This document shows positions 22,019-37,000 of a DNA stretch of 64,000 nucleotides, piece after piece. Origin of the DNA: Haplodiscus bocki. Taxonomy: Eukaryota. The stretch is from NCBI GenBank assembly GCA_965655095.1, contig OZ296649.1, positions 97,960,001 to 98,024,000 on the forward strand, read 5' to 3'. The notes below the pieces were generated by a model, which saw nothing but the letters and a program-made list of their open reading frames with translations, was not told the origin of the DNA and made no database searches. A program made the position numbers and the translations under genes. Each line of letters begins with the position of its first letter. The stretch's first letter is position 1.

Positions 22019-25000
22019 AAAACTCCATCAACACACACATTGATCAGCAAACTTCAACACAAAATGACGCCGCCAAAACCTTAGCACACAGTCAAACTTA
22101 ACTTTAATGCTGTAGTAAAATTGCAAATCATTGATGAACCGGAAGGGTACAAGTAGGAGATTGAAATCTAAAAACATTGCAAGGAATCAAATAAATATAT
22201 ACGGGAAAAAGTTTTCCGGGAACAGTGGATATTCGATAGTGTTTCAATACAAAGGAGGTGGGTGACACCAGCAAGTGGTTTTCAAAACAAAAGGGGCTGG
22301 TTCGCAAAATGCCAAAATTTTCAAATGGCAAAACTTACGAAAACAGTTCAAAACTTACGTTTCTACCCTGATATTGAGTGCCCTGGGTTTTTTTGACACG
22401 GATCGAGGACAGATAGCTTGTCCAGTTGGCTCAAAAAACAAGGTGCACTAATAAACGAGAGCAAGGATTTACACAAAGAAAGTGATTTTGGAATGTTTTG
22501 TAATCGTTGCCTCTTACTAAAAAACAGGCTCCGAGTGTTTCAGAGGTTTTCGAAACTTCGAAACCTCAGCCTTAACTGAATACTACGTTCGTTAAAGTTT
22601 TGTACCAAATTGTGTCTAGTTGTCATGGATAAGTTAACTCAAAGCAAAAATGCGTAATCTAATACGTTCAAAATTACTCAGTACCTCCAAAACTTGATGA
22701 GAAAAAGCTATTTGTGACATGCCCTTGACACCTGCTTAGCCACGTTAGCAGCGCCATCGAGTTGAGTTTCCCGGCTTCCACTTTAAGGACCACCAAATTT
22801 GTCAATATGATTTCTCAGAAAATTCCGAGTACAACATGCGAGTTTCGAGTTTTTACGAAAAAAATATCGAGGGAATATGACTAAACTGAGTTAAAGCAGT
22901 GATTATTGGAACAGAATTGGAAAAAGATTTGACTTGAAGTGACCATAGCAGCAACAATGATATTGAGATTTTTCATTTTAAAAAATTAATCACGCTTTCG
23001 ACCAATATCTCCGAAACTTTTTTCTCAAACTCTTAGTTCCACGGATCCAGATAGTTAAGAGCTTCTCCACCAATCTCCTAGTGTTGACCAAAAACTCTCT
23101 GCTTTAGGAGTTGGAAGGATACTGTAACTGCTATTGGAAATTGCTTCTTACATTTTTCTCACTTTTTGTTGTCTCAGCCAAAAACAAAACTCGAAAGGTC
23201 GAACGACTCAGAAGTTTTCTTGAAGCATTGCACAGTTCTAAGTCTGAATTTTCTCCAAATGGATCGTTTATCTATATAGCTGCTGTTAGATGGTCATTTA
23301 TTTATCTAAAAAATTAAGCTGGCAAACATTAAAATCGAAGCCGTCTAGCAAAGGAAATGACGTGAATGTGAAAAAAAGTCTATTAAGGATGACTCAAAGT
23401 CTTTAGCTAAACGAATTTAGATATTGCGTCTCTATTTTAAAAATTTCAGCATTATGATTTTCAATATCATGGCAGCTAACAACATGAAGTTATCTTTGCT
23501 ATGGTCAATCAAGCTTTAACGCATTCTTAAGATGTCAGAGTTTCAAATATCGAAAGTCTTTTTTATGACAACTGGTAATGTTCTAAACCTACCTATCGAT
23601 AAAAATTAAAGGAAGGTTTTTGCATAGAACTCTCGCATTTTCACTGAAAGTCAACAGAAACTGCTGTCGGCTACCGTGAACTTTCCAATCTTTAGAAATT
23701 GAACTTTCCAGTCTTTTTTAAATGACGTTTTGTTGTGATTTTGAATTAAATCTCTCAGTAGAACTCAAGTTTGCGGTACATTTTTGTGCCTTGACTTTTC
23801 TGGCCATTTTGGACCAAACTGTTGACATTTTAAGTTTAATCCCCATTTTTAATCCCGGCGAGCAGGAAAAAGAAGTGACTATTTATGTTGAGCCAAACAA
23901 ATGAAGCTTTCCGCGAGGAGTAAAATTCTGCACGTCAATTGGATTTTGCCAAGACTGCGTAGGGATTAAGTTGTTGCTTATTTATAGAAAAAGCAAGGCC
24001 CAAAACATCTCCGAAAAAACAGCTTTGCTTTTGTCATTTCTGATACTTTCAATCTTCATTTGTTGTCAAATTGAACTCCACGTAGTCACACTGAAACTGC
24101 TGTTGACGTTTTTTCAAGGTACTGATGGCAAATTTGCTATAATTTGTGATTAGAGGTTTTCAAATTCTGAACTGATTATTCGGTCAATTTGTTTCAATAG
24201 GCAAGGAAACAGAAAAAGTGAGCGTTGAGTGCTCAATTTTCCTTCCAGAAGAGAAATAGAAATATTGGGGAGAATGAAATTGCATCAACACATTGATCAG
24301 CAAACTTCAACACAGAATTACGTCGCAAAAACGTTAGCACACAGTCAAACTGAACTTCAATGCTGTAGTAATATTGCAAATTATTGATGAACCGGAAGGG
24401 TACAAGTAGGAGATTGAATTCTAAAAACATTGCAAGGAATCAAATATTTATATACTGGAAAAAGTTTCCCGGGAACAGTGGATATTTGATAGTGTTTCAA
24501 TACAAAGGAGGTGGGTGACACCAGCAAGTGGTTTTCAAAACATAAGGGGCTGGTTCACAATATGCCAGCTTTTTCAAATGGCAAATGTTACGAAAACAGT
24601 TGAAAACTTACGTTTCTACCTTGATATTGATGCCCTGGATTTTGTGACTCGGATCGAAGACAGATAGCTTGTGCAGTTGGCTCAAAAAACAAGGTGCACT
24701 AATAAAGGGGAGCAAGGATTTACACAAAGAACGTGATTTTGCAATGTTTTGTAATCGTTGCTTCTTACTAAAAAACAGGCTACGAGTATTTCAGTAGTTT
24801 TCATGTCTTCGAAATCTCAGCTTTAACCGAATAAAATATGGGTTAAAGCTTTGTACCAGATTGTGTCCATTTGTCATGGATACATTAACTCAAAGCAGAA
24901 ATGCGTAATCTAATATGTTCAAAAATACTCAGTACCTCCAAAACTTGATGAGAAAAAACTATTTATGACATGCCCTTGATACCTGCTTAGCCACGCCTAT

Positions 25001-28000
25001 AGCGCCACCGAGTTGAGTTTCCCGGCTTCCACTTTAAGGACCACCAAATTTGTCAATATGATTTCTCAGAAAATTCCGTGTACAACTTGCGAGTTTCGAG
25101 TTTTTGCGAAAAAAATATCGAAGGAATTTGACTGAACTGAGTTAAAGCAGTGATTATGGGAACAGAATTGGAAAAAAATTTGACTTGAAGTGACCATAGC
25201 AGCAACAAAAATATTGAGACTTTTCATTTTAAAATAATATTCAGGCTTTCGACCAATATCTCCGAAATTTTTTTTCAAAAACTTAGTTCCACGGATCTAG
25301 ATAGCTAAAAGTTTCTCCACCAATCTCCTAGTGTTGACCAACAACTCTCTGCTTTAGGAGTTAGAAGGATACTGTAACTGCTAGTGGAAATTGCTTCTTA
25401 CAGATTTTTCACTTTTTGTTGTCTCAGCCAAAAGCAAAACTCGAAAGGTCGAACGACTCAGAAGTTTTCTTGAAGCATTGCACAGTTCTAAGTCTGAATC
25501 TGCTCCAAATGGATCATTTATCCATCTAGTTGCTGTTACATGGTCATTTATTCACCTAAAAATTCAACTGGCAAACGTTCAAATTGAAGCTGTCCAGCAA
25601 AGGAAATGACGTGAATCTGAAAAAAGGTCTATTAAGGATGATTCAAAGTCTTTAGCTAAACGAATTTAGATATTGAGTCTCTATTTTAAAAATTTCAGCA
25701 TTATGATTTTCAATATCATGGCAGCTAACAACATGAAGTTATCTTTGCTACGGTCAATCAAGCTTTAACGCAATCTTAAGATGTCAGAGTTTCAAATATC
25801 GAAAGTCTTTTTTATGATAACTGGTAATGTTCTAATCCCACCTATCGATAAGAAATAAAGGAAGGTTTTTGCATACAATTCCCGCTTTTTTTACTGAAAA
25901 TCAACAGAAAGTGCTGTCGGCTACCGTGCACTTTCCAGTCTTTGGGAAATGAACTTTCTAGTCTTTTTTAAGGGACGTTTTGTTTTGCTTTTGATTTAAA
26001 TCTCTCAGTAGAACTTAAGTTTGCGGTACATTTTTGAGCCTTGACTTTTCTGGCCATTTTGGACCAAATTGTTGACATTTTAAGTTTAATCTCCATTCTT
26101 CAATCCGGCGAGCAGGAAAAAGAAGTGACTATATGTCGAGCCAAACAAATGAAGCTTTCCGCTTGGAGTAAAATTCTGCACGTCAATTGGATTTTGTCAA
26201 GACTGCGTAGGGCTTAAGTTGCTGCTTATTTATAGAAAGAGCAAGGCCTAAAACATCCTTCTCCGAAAAAACAGCTTTGCTTTTGTCGTTTCTGATACTT
26301 TCAATCTTCATGTGTTGCCAAATTGAACTCCACGTAGTCACACTGAAACTGCTGTTGTCGTTTTTTTCAAGGTACTGATGGCAAATTTGCTATAAATTGT
26401 GATTAGAGGTTTTCAAATTCTGAACTGAGTTTTCGGTCAATTTGTTTCAATAGGCAAAGAAACAGAAAAAGTGAGCGTTGAGTTCTCAATTTTCCTTCCA
26501 GAAGAAAAATAGAAATATCGGGGAGAATGAAATTGCATCAACACATTGATCAGCAACTTTCAACACAGAATGACGCCGCCAAAACGTTGGCACACAGTCA
26601 AACTGAACTTCATTGCTGTAGTAATATTGCAAATTTTTGATGAACCGGAAGCGTACAAGTAGGCGATTGAATTCTAAAAATATTGCAAGCATAAAAATAA
26701 AAATATACAGGAAAAGGTTTCCCGGGAACAGTGGATATTTGATAGTGTTTCAATACAAAGGAGGTGGGTGACACCAGCAAGTGGTTTTCAAAACATAAGG
26801 GGCTGGTTCACAATATGCCAGCTTTTTCAAATGGCAAATGTTACGAAAACAGTTGAAAACTTACGTTTCTACCTTGATATTGATGCCCTGGATTTTTGTG
26901 ACTCGGATCGAAGACAGATAGCTTGTGCATTTGGCTCAAAAAACAAGGTGCACTAATAAACGGGAGCAAGGATTTACACAAAGGACGTGATTTTGGATTG
27001 ATTTGTAATCGTTGCTTCTTACTAAAAAACAGGCTACGAGTATTTCAGTGGTTTTTATGTCTTCGAAACCTCAGCTTTAACCGAATAAAATTTTGGTTAA
27101 AGCTTTGTACCAGATTGTGTCCACTTGTATTGGATACGTTAACTCGAAGCAGAAATGCGTAATCTAATATGTTCAAAATTACTCAGTACCTCCAAAACTT
27201 GATGAGAAAAAACTGTTTATGACATGCCCTTGACACCTGCTTAGCCACGCTAGCAGCGCTATCGAGTTGAATATCCTGGCTTCCACTTTAAAGACCACCA
27301 ATTTTGTCAATATGATTTCTCAGAAAATTCCGTGTACAACATGCGAGTTTTGAGTTTTTACGAAACAAAATATCGAGGGATTTTGACTAAACTGAGTTAA
27401 AGCAGTGATTATTGGAACAGAATTGGAAACAGATTTGACTTGAAGTGACCATAGCAGCAACAATGATGATGAGTTTTTTCATTTTAAAAAAATATTCACG
27501 CTTTCGACCAATATCTCCGAAACTTTTTTCTCAAACTCTTAGTTCCACGGATCCAGATAGTTAAAAGCTTCTCCACCAATCTCCTAGTGTTGACCAACAA
27601 CTCTGCTTTAGGAGTTAGAAGGATACTGTAACTGCTATTGAAAATTGTTTCTTACAGATTTTTCACTTTTTGTTGTCTCAGCCAAAAACAAAACTCGAAA
27701 GGTCGAACGACTCAGAAATTTTCTTGAAGCATTGCACAGTTCTAAGTCTGAATCTGCACCAAATGGATCATTTATCCATCTAGTTGCTGTTAGATGGTCA
27801 TTTATTCACCTAAAAAATTCAACTGGCAAACATTTAAATCGAAGCCGTCCAGCAAAGGAAATGACGTGAATCTGGAAAAAGTCTATGAAGGATGTTCATA
27901 GTTTTTAGCTAAATGAATTTAGATATTGCGTCTCTATTTTAAAAATTTCAGCATTATGATTTTCAATATCATGGCAGCTAACAACATGAAGTTATCTTTG

Positions 28001-31000
28001 CTACGGTCAATCAAGATTTAACGCATTGTTAGGATGTCCGAGTTTCAAGTATCGAAAGTCTTTTTTATGATAACTGTTAATGTTCTAATCCCACCTATCG
28101 GTAAAAACTAAAGGAAGGTTTTTGCATACAATTCCCGCTTTTTTACTGAAAGTCAACAGAAAGTGCTGTCGGCTACTGTGCACTTTCGAGTCTTTGGAAA
28201 ATGAACTTTCCAGTCTTTTTTAAATGTCCTTTTGTTTTGCTTTTGAATTAAATCTCTCAGTAGAACTTAAGTTTGCGGTAAAGTTTTGAGCCTTGACTTT
28301 TCTGGCCATTTTGGTCCAAATTGTTGACATTTTAAGTTTAATCTCCATTTTTCAATCCGGCGAGCAGGAAAAAAAGTGACTGTTTGTCGAGCCAAACAAA
28401 TGAAGCTTTCCGCGTGGAGTAAAGTTCTGCACGTCAATTGGATTTTGCCAAGATTGCGTAGGGCTTAAGTTGTTGCCTATTTATAGAAAGAGCAAGGCCC
28501 AAAACAACCTTCTCCGAAAAAACAGCTTTGCTTTTGTCGTTTCTGATACTTTCAATTTTCAGGTGTTGCCAAATTGAACTCCACGTAGTCACACTGAAAC
28601 TGCTGTTGACGTTTTTTCAAGGTACTGATGGCAAACTTGCTAAAATTTGTGATTAGAGGTTTTTAAACTCTGAACTGATTATTCGGTCAATTTGTTTCAA
28701 TAGGCAAGGAAACAGAAAAAGTGAGCGTTGAGTGCTCAATTTTCCTTCCAGAAGAGAAATAGAAATATTGGGGGAGAATGAAATTGCATCAACACATTGA
28801 TCAGCTAGCTTCTACACAGAATGACACCGCCAAAACTTTGACACACAGTCAAACTGAACTTCAATGCTGTAGTAATATTGCAAATCATTGATGAACCGGA
28901 AGGGTACAAGTAGCAGATTGAATTCTAAAAACATTGCAAGGAATCAAATTATTATATACAGGAAAAAGTTTCCCGGGAAAAGTGGATATTTGATAGTCTT
29001 TCAATATAAACAAAGGAAGTGGGTGACACCAGCAATAGGTTTTCAAAACATAAGGGGCTGGTTCACAATATGTCAGTTTTTTCAACTGGCAAAACTCACG
29101 AAAACAGTTCAAAGCTTACGTTTCTACCCTGATATTGAGTGCCCTGGGTTTTTTTACTCGGATCGAGGACAGATAGCTTGTGCAGTTGGCTCAAAAAACA
29201 AGATGCACGAATAAACGGGAGCGAGGATTTACACAAAGGACGTGACTTTGGAATGTTTTCTAATCGTTATTATTCTTACTAAAAAACAGGCTCCGAGTGT
29301 TTCAGCGGATTTTGAATCTTCGAAACCCCAGCTTTCACCGAAGACTATATTGGTTAAAGTTTTGTACCAGATTGTGTCCGGCTGTCATGGATAGGTCAGC
29401 TCAAAGCAGAAACAGAAAATCTAATACGTCCAAAAAAACTAAGTTTCTCCAAAACTTGGTGATAAAAAATTGATTATAACATCCCCATGACACACGCTGA
29501 GCCACGCTATCAGCGCCACCGAGTTGAATTTCCTGGCTTCCACTTTAAAGACCACCAAATTCGTCAGTATGATTTCTCAGAAAATTCCGTGTACAACTTG
29601 CGAGTTTCGAGTTTTTGCGAAAAAAATATCAAAGGAATTTGATTGAACTGACTTAAAGCAGTGATTATGGGAACAGAATTGGAAAAAAATTTGACTTGAA
29701 GTGACCATAGCAGCAACAATGATATTGAGATTTTTCATTTTAAAAAATTAATCACGCTTTCGACCAATATCTCCGAAACTTTTTTCTCAAACTCTTAGTT
29801 CCACGGATCCAGATAGTTAAAAGCTTCTCCACCAATCTCCTAGTGTTGACCAAAAACTCTCTGCTTTAGGAGTTAGAAGGATACTGTAACTGCTATTGGA
29901 AATTGCTTCTTACATTTTTCTCACTTTTTGTTGTCTCAGCCAAAAACAAAACTCGAAAGGTCGAACGACTCAGAAGTTTTCTTGAAGCATTGCACAGTTC
30001 TAAGTCTGAATTTTCTCCAAATGGATCGTTTATCTATATAGCTGCTGTTAGATGGTCATTTATTTATCTAAAAAATTAAGCTGGCAAACATTAAAATCGA
30101 AGCCGTCTAGCAAAGGAAATGACGTGAATGTGAAAAAAAGTCTATTAAGGATGACTCAAAGTCTTTAGCTAAACGAATTTAGATATTGCGTCTCTATTTT
30201 AAAAATTTCAGCATTATGATTTTCAATATCATGGCAGCTAACAACATGAAGTTATCTTTGCTATGGTCAATCAAGCTTTAACGCATTCTTAAGATGTCAG
30301 AGTTCAAAATATCGAAAATCTTTTTGATGATAACTGGTAATGTTCTAATCCTACCTATCGATAAAAACTAAAGGAAGGTTTTTGCAAAGAGTTCTCGCAT
30401 TTTCCCTGAAAGTCAACAGAAACTGCTGTCGGCTACCGTGAACTTTCCAATCTTTAGAAATTGAACTTTCCAGTCTTTTTTATATGACGTTTTGTTGTGA
30501 TTTTGAATTAAATCTCTCAGTAGAACTCAAGTTTGCGGTACATTTTTGAGCCTTGACTTTTGTGGCCATTTTGGACCAAATTGTTGACATTTTAAGTTTA
30601 ATCTCCTTTTTTCAATCCGGCGAGCAGGAAAAGAAGTGACTATATGTCGAGCCAAACAAATGAAGGTTTCCGCGTGGAGTAAAGTTCTGCACGTCAATTG
30701 GATTTTGCCAAGACTGCGTAGGGCTCAAGTTGTTGCTTATTTATAGAAAGAGCAAGGCCCAAAACAACATTCTCCGAAAAAACAGCTTTGCTTTTGTCGT
30801 TTCTGATACTTTCAATTTTCAGGTGTTGCCAATTCGAACTCCACGTAGTCACATTGAAACTGCTGTTGACGTTTTTTCAAGGTACTGATGGCAAATTTGC
30901 TATAAATTGTGATTAGAGGTTTTCAAACTCTGAACTGATTATTCGGTCAATTTGTTTCAATAGGCAAGGAATTAGAAAAAGTGAGCGTTGAGTGCTCAAT

Positions 31001-34000
31001 TTTCCTTCCAGAAGAGAAAAAGAAAAATTGGGGGAGAATGAAATTGCATTAACACATTGATCAGCAAGCTTCAACACAGAATGACACCGCCAAAACGTTG
31101 ACACACAGTCAAACTGAACTTCAATGCTGTAGTAATATTGCAAATCATTGATGAACCGGAAGGGTACAAGTAGGAGATTGAATTCTAAAAACATTGCAAG
31201 GAATCAATTAAATATATACAGGAAAAAGTTTCTCGGGAAAAGTGGATATTTGATAGTCTTTCAATACAAACAAAGGAAGTGGGTGACACCAGCAATAGGT
31301 TTTCAGAACGTATGGGGCTGGTTCACAATATGCCAGTTTTTTCAAATGGCAAAACTCACGAAAACAGTTCAAATTTTACGTTTCTACCCTGATATTGAGT
31401 GCCCTGGTTTTTTTTTGACTCGGATCGAGGACAGATATCTTGTGCAGTTGGCTCAAAAAACAAGGTGCACTAATAAACGGGAGCAAGGATTTACACAAAG
31501 GACGGGATTTGGAATGTTTTCTAATCGTTGCTTGTTACTAAAATACAGGCTCCGAGTGTTTCAGTGGTTTTGAATCTTCGAAACCTCAGCTTTAACCGAA
31601 GACTATATTGGTTAAAGTTTTGTACCAGACTGTGTCCAGCTGTCATGGATAGGTCAGCTCAAAGCAGAAACAGAAAATCTAATACGTCCAAAAAAACTAA
31701 ATTTCTCCAAAACTGGGTGATAAAAAATTGATTATAACATCCCCATGACACATGCTGAGCCACGCTATCAGCGCAACCGAGTTGTATTTTCCGGGCTTGC
31801 TCTTTAGGGCCCACCAATTTTTTCAATTTGATTTTTCAGAAAGTTCTGGTTACATATTGCAAAATCAGAGGTTTTACGAAAAAAAGGAGGGAATATGGCA
31901 AACCTGAATCAAAGCAGTGATTATTGGAACATAGTTTGAAAAAATTAGACTTGAACTGACCATAGCAGCAACAATGATATTGAGAATTTTCATTTTAAAA
32001 TATTATTCACGTTTTCAGTCAATATCTCCAAAACTTTATAATTCAAACTCCTAGTGCTACGGATCCAGATAGTGAAAACTTTCTCCACCAGTCCCCTAGT
32101 GTTGACCAACAACTCTCTGCTTGAGTAGTTAGGAAGATACTATAATTGCTATTGGAACTTGTTTCTCACGTCATTTTGTCTTTTTATTGTCCCAGCCGAA
32201 ATCAAAACCCGGAAAGTCGCACAACTTAGATGTTTTCTTGAAGCATTACCCACTTGTAACTCTGAAACTGCTCCAGTTGGATCATTCAACCATCTAGTTG
32301 GTGTTAAAGGGTTATGTAATAACCTGGAAAGATAAACCGGCACACATTGAAATCGAAGCCGTCCAACAAATTAAATGACCTGATTCTGGAAAAAATTGAT
32401 ATAAAGATGACTCAGAATCTTTTGCTAAACGAACGTTGATATTTAGGCTCTTTTTTAAATTTTTCAGGATGATGATTATCAATATCGTGGAAAAGAACAA
32501 CATGAAGTTATTTTTGCTACAGTCAATCAAGCTTTAACGCACTCTTAAGATGGCAGAATTCCAAATATCAAAAGTCTGTTGATAAACACTGGAAATCTTC
32601 TAATCCTAACTATCGATAAAAACTAAATGAATGGTCTTGCGTACAGTTCGCGCATATTTACTTGAAGTGAACAAAAACTGCCGTGGACCACTGTGAATTA
32701 TTTGCAATTGTTTACACTCTAGAAGTTTTCATTCTTCAATGTTTTCAATCAGATCATTAAATTACAATTTTCAATGACCAAAACTCTGTTCTCAGTACTT
32801 TTGCCCTGAACAACAAAATAAACGCACGTTATCTCCGTTAAAAATTTGTTTTCAGAAGTTTTCCAAAAATAGTTTTTTTGGACACACAGCCAAAAACGAT
32901 TATTGGCAGAACTACTCCGCGGAAACATTTCCACTAATTTTACACAAGCAGCGAAAAAGAACAGCGACCCATCTTATTTTCTGTCAACTTTCTCGCAGTT
33001 TCTCACAAGTAAACTTTGAATACTTTGTTAAAAAAATAAATCAATAGAGATGAGTTTGTCCTAACCTCGAACTTTAACAAAACTTTGCCATTTTACAGCA
33101 AAAAATTAAGAACGATAATATTCTACAACAGTTTGATGAAGGCCGCGAATTCAAAACTAAACTACTTACTGAAGAAAAAAAAGTTTCTCTCAGAGATTAA
33201 CTTTTCTATTAGAAAAACTACCCTAAAATTATGAAATGGTAGCAAAATCATCTGCACTATGGAACGATAGTGTTGTGCACAGTGACGATGACAAAAATAA
33301 TGATGAAAACTTCGCACACAAGTAGAAACGTAGACCATCAGAGCACAAGTGCTAAAAACTGCCGATAACCGGTATCAATTCGAAACTAAAACAATACATT
33401 ACCGGTAAGAAACTGATCTGGTAGGTATCTGCTCAGAATAAAAAACCCCACAAAAACAATCAACAACTTCCATCGTTGACATCGATCCAGAGAAAGTCAT
33501 AAATTTTTCTAAGTCCATTGTTCTGGATCTCATAAACGGGTTATTGTTACAAAATCACAAATCTGGGCTGAGTTGAAAGATCAAAGAACTGAAAAGTCTC
33601 GAATAACAAGTCAACTTTTACACGAGGCAAGGCATTAAATCTTTGTTCTGCCCCCTTCGAAGTTTCAGAAAATGAACATTCCAGTCCTTACTAAACAAAA
33701 TTTTATTTCGCTTTTGATTTAAATCTCTCAGTAGGATTCAAGTTTGCGGTACATTTTTGTGCCTTGATTTTCTGGCCATTTTGGACCAAAAAGCTGACAT
33801 TTCAAGTTTAATCTCCTTTTTTCAATCCGGCGAGAAGGAAAAGAAGTGACTATATGTCGAGCCAAACAAATGAAGGTTTCCGCGTGGAGTAAAATTCTGC
33901 ACCTCAATTGGATTTTGCCAAGACTGCGTAGGGCTTAAGTTGTTGCTTATTTATAGAAAAAGCAAGGCCCAAAACATCCTTCTCCGAAAACAGCTTTGTT

Positions 34001-37000
34001 TTACTCGTTTCTGATACTTTCAATCTTCATTTGTTGTCAAATTTAACTCCACGTAGTCACACTGAAACTGCTGTTGATGTTTTTTCAAGGCACTGATGGC
34101 AAATTTGCTATAATTTGTGATTAGAGGTTTTCAGATTCTGAACTGAACATTCGGTCAATTTATTTCAATAGGCAAGGAAAAAGAAAAAGTGACCGTCGAG
34201 TGCTCAGTTTTTCTTCCAGAACAGAAATAAAAATATTGGGGAGAATGAAATTGCATCAACACATTGATCAGCAAACTTCAACACAGAATGACGCCACCAA
34301 AACGTTGGCACACAGTCAAACTGAACTTCAATGCTGTAGTAATATTGCAAATTGTTGAAGAACCGGAAGGGTACAAGTAGGAGATTGAAATCTAAAAACA
34401 TTGCAAGGAATCAAATAAACATATACAGGAAAAAGTTTCCCGGGAAAAGTGGATATTTGATAAAATTTCAATACAAAGGAGGTGGGTGACACCAGCAAGT
34501 GGTTTTCAAAACATAAGGGGCTGGTTCACAATATGCCAAAATTTTCAAATGGCAAAACTTACGAAAACAGTTCAAACCTTAGGTTTCTACCCGGAATTTG
34601 AGTGCCCTGGGTTTTTTTTACTCGGATCGAGGACAGATGGTTGTGCAGTTGGCTCAAAAAACAAGGTGCACTAATAAAGGGGAGCAAGGATTTACACAAA
34701 GAAAGTGATTTTGGAATGTTTTGTAATCGTTGCCTCTTACTAAAAAACAGGCTCCGAGTGTTTCAGAGGTTTTCGAAACTTCGAAACCTCAGCCTTAACT
34801 GAATACTACGTTCGTTAAAGTTTTGTACCAAATTGTGTCCATTTGTCATGGATACATTAACTCAAAGCAGAAATGCGTAATCTAATATGTTCAAAAATAC
34901 TCAGTACCTCCAAAACTTGATGAGAAAAAACTATTTATGACATGCCCTTGATACCTGCTTAGCCACGCCTATAGCGCCACCGAGTTGAGTTTCCCGGCTT
35001 CCACTTTAAGGACCACCAAATTTGTCAATATGATTTCTCAGAAAATTCCGTGTACAACATGCGAGTTTTGAGTTTTTACGAGAAAAATATCGAGGGATTT
35101 TGACTAAACTGAGTTAAAGGAGTGATTATTGGAACAGAATTGGAAAAAATTTGACTTGAAGTGACCATAGCAGCAACAAGGATTTTGAGATTTTTCATTT
35201 TAAAATAATATTCACGCTTTCGACCAATATCTCCGAAATTTTTTTTTCAAACACTTAGTGCCACGGAGCCAGATAGTTAAAAGTTTCTCCACCAATCTCC
35301 TAGTTTTGACCAACCACTCTCTGCTTTAGGAAATAGGAGGATACTGTAATTGCTATTGGAATTGCTTCAAATGGATTTTTCTCATTTGTTGTCTCAGCCA
35401 AAAACAAAACTCGAAAAGTCGAACGACTGAGAAATTTTCTTGAAGCATTGCACAGTTCTAAGTCTGAATCTGCTCCAAATGGATCATTTATCTATCTACT
35501 TGCTGGAACATGGTCATTTATTCATCTAAAAAATTGAACTGGCAAACATTAAAAACGAAGCCATCCAGCAAAAGAAAGGACGTGAATCTGAAAAATGGTC
35601 TATTAAGGTTGACTCAAAGTCTTTAGCTAAAAGAATTTAGATATTGCGTCTCTATTTTATCAATTTCAGCATTATGAATTTCAATATCATGGCAGCTAAC
35701 AACATGAAGTTATCTTTGCTACGGTCAATCAAGCTTTAACGCATTCTTAAGATGTCAGAGTTCAAAATATCGAAAATCTTTTTGATGATAACTGGTAATG
35801 TTCTAATCCTACCTATCGATAAAAACTAAAGGAAGGTTTTTGCAAAGAGTTCTCGCATTTTCCCTGAAAGTCAACAGAAACTGCTGTCGGCTACCGTGAA
35901 TTTTCCAATCTTTAGAAATTGAACTTTCCAGTCTTTTTTATATGACGTTTTGTTGTGATTTTGAATTAAATCTCTCAGTAGAACACAAGTTTGCGGTACA
36001 TTTTTGTGCCTTGACTTTTCTGGCCAATTTGGACCAAATTGTTGACATTTTAAGTTTAATCTCCTTTTTTCAATCCGGCGAGCAGGAAAAGAAGTGACTA
36101 TATGTCGAGCCAAACAAATGAAGGTTTCCGCGTGGAGTAAAGTTCTGCACGTCAATTGGATTTTGCCAAGACTATGTAGGGCTCAAGTTATTGCTTATTT
36201 ATAGAAAGAGCAAGGCCCAAAACAACATTCTCCGAAAAAACAGCTTTGCTTTTGTCATTTCTGATACTTTCAATCTTCATTTGTTGTCAAATTGAACTCC
36301 ACGTAGTCACACTGAAACTGCTGTTGACGTTTTTTCAAGGTACTGATGGCAAATTTGCTATAAATTGTGATTAGAGGTATTCAAACTCTGAACTGATTAT
36401 TCGGTCAATTTGTTTCAATAGGCAAGGAATTAGAAAAAGTGAGCGTTGAGTGCTCAATTTTCCTTCCAGAAGAGAAAAAGAAAAATTGGGGGAGAATGAA
36501 ATTGCATTAACACATTGATCAGCAAGCTTCAACACAGAATGACACCGCCAAAACGTTGACACACAGTCAAACTGAACTTCAATGCTGTAGTAATATTGCA
36601 AATCATTGATGAACCGGAAGGGTACAAGTAGGAGATTGAATTCTAAAAACATTGCAAGGAATCAATTAAATATATACAGGAAAAAGTTTCTCGGGAAAAG
36701 TGGATATTTGATAGTCTTTCAATACAAACAAAGGAAGTGGGTGACACCAGCAATAGGTTTTCAGAACGTATGGGGCTGGTTCACAATATGCCAGTTTTTT
36801 CAAATGGCAAAACTCACGAAAACAGTTCAAATTTTACGTTTCTACCCTGATATTGAGTGCCCTGTTTTTTTTTGACTCGGATCGAGGACAGATATCTTGT
36901 GCAGTTGGCTCAAAAAACAAGGTGCACTAATAAACGGGAGCAAGGATTTACACAAAGGACGGGATTTGGAATGTTTTCTAATCGTTGCTTGTTACTAAAA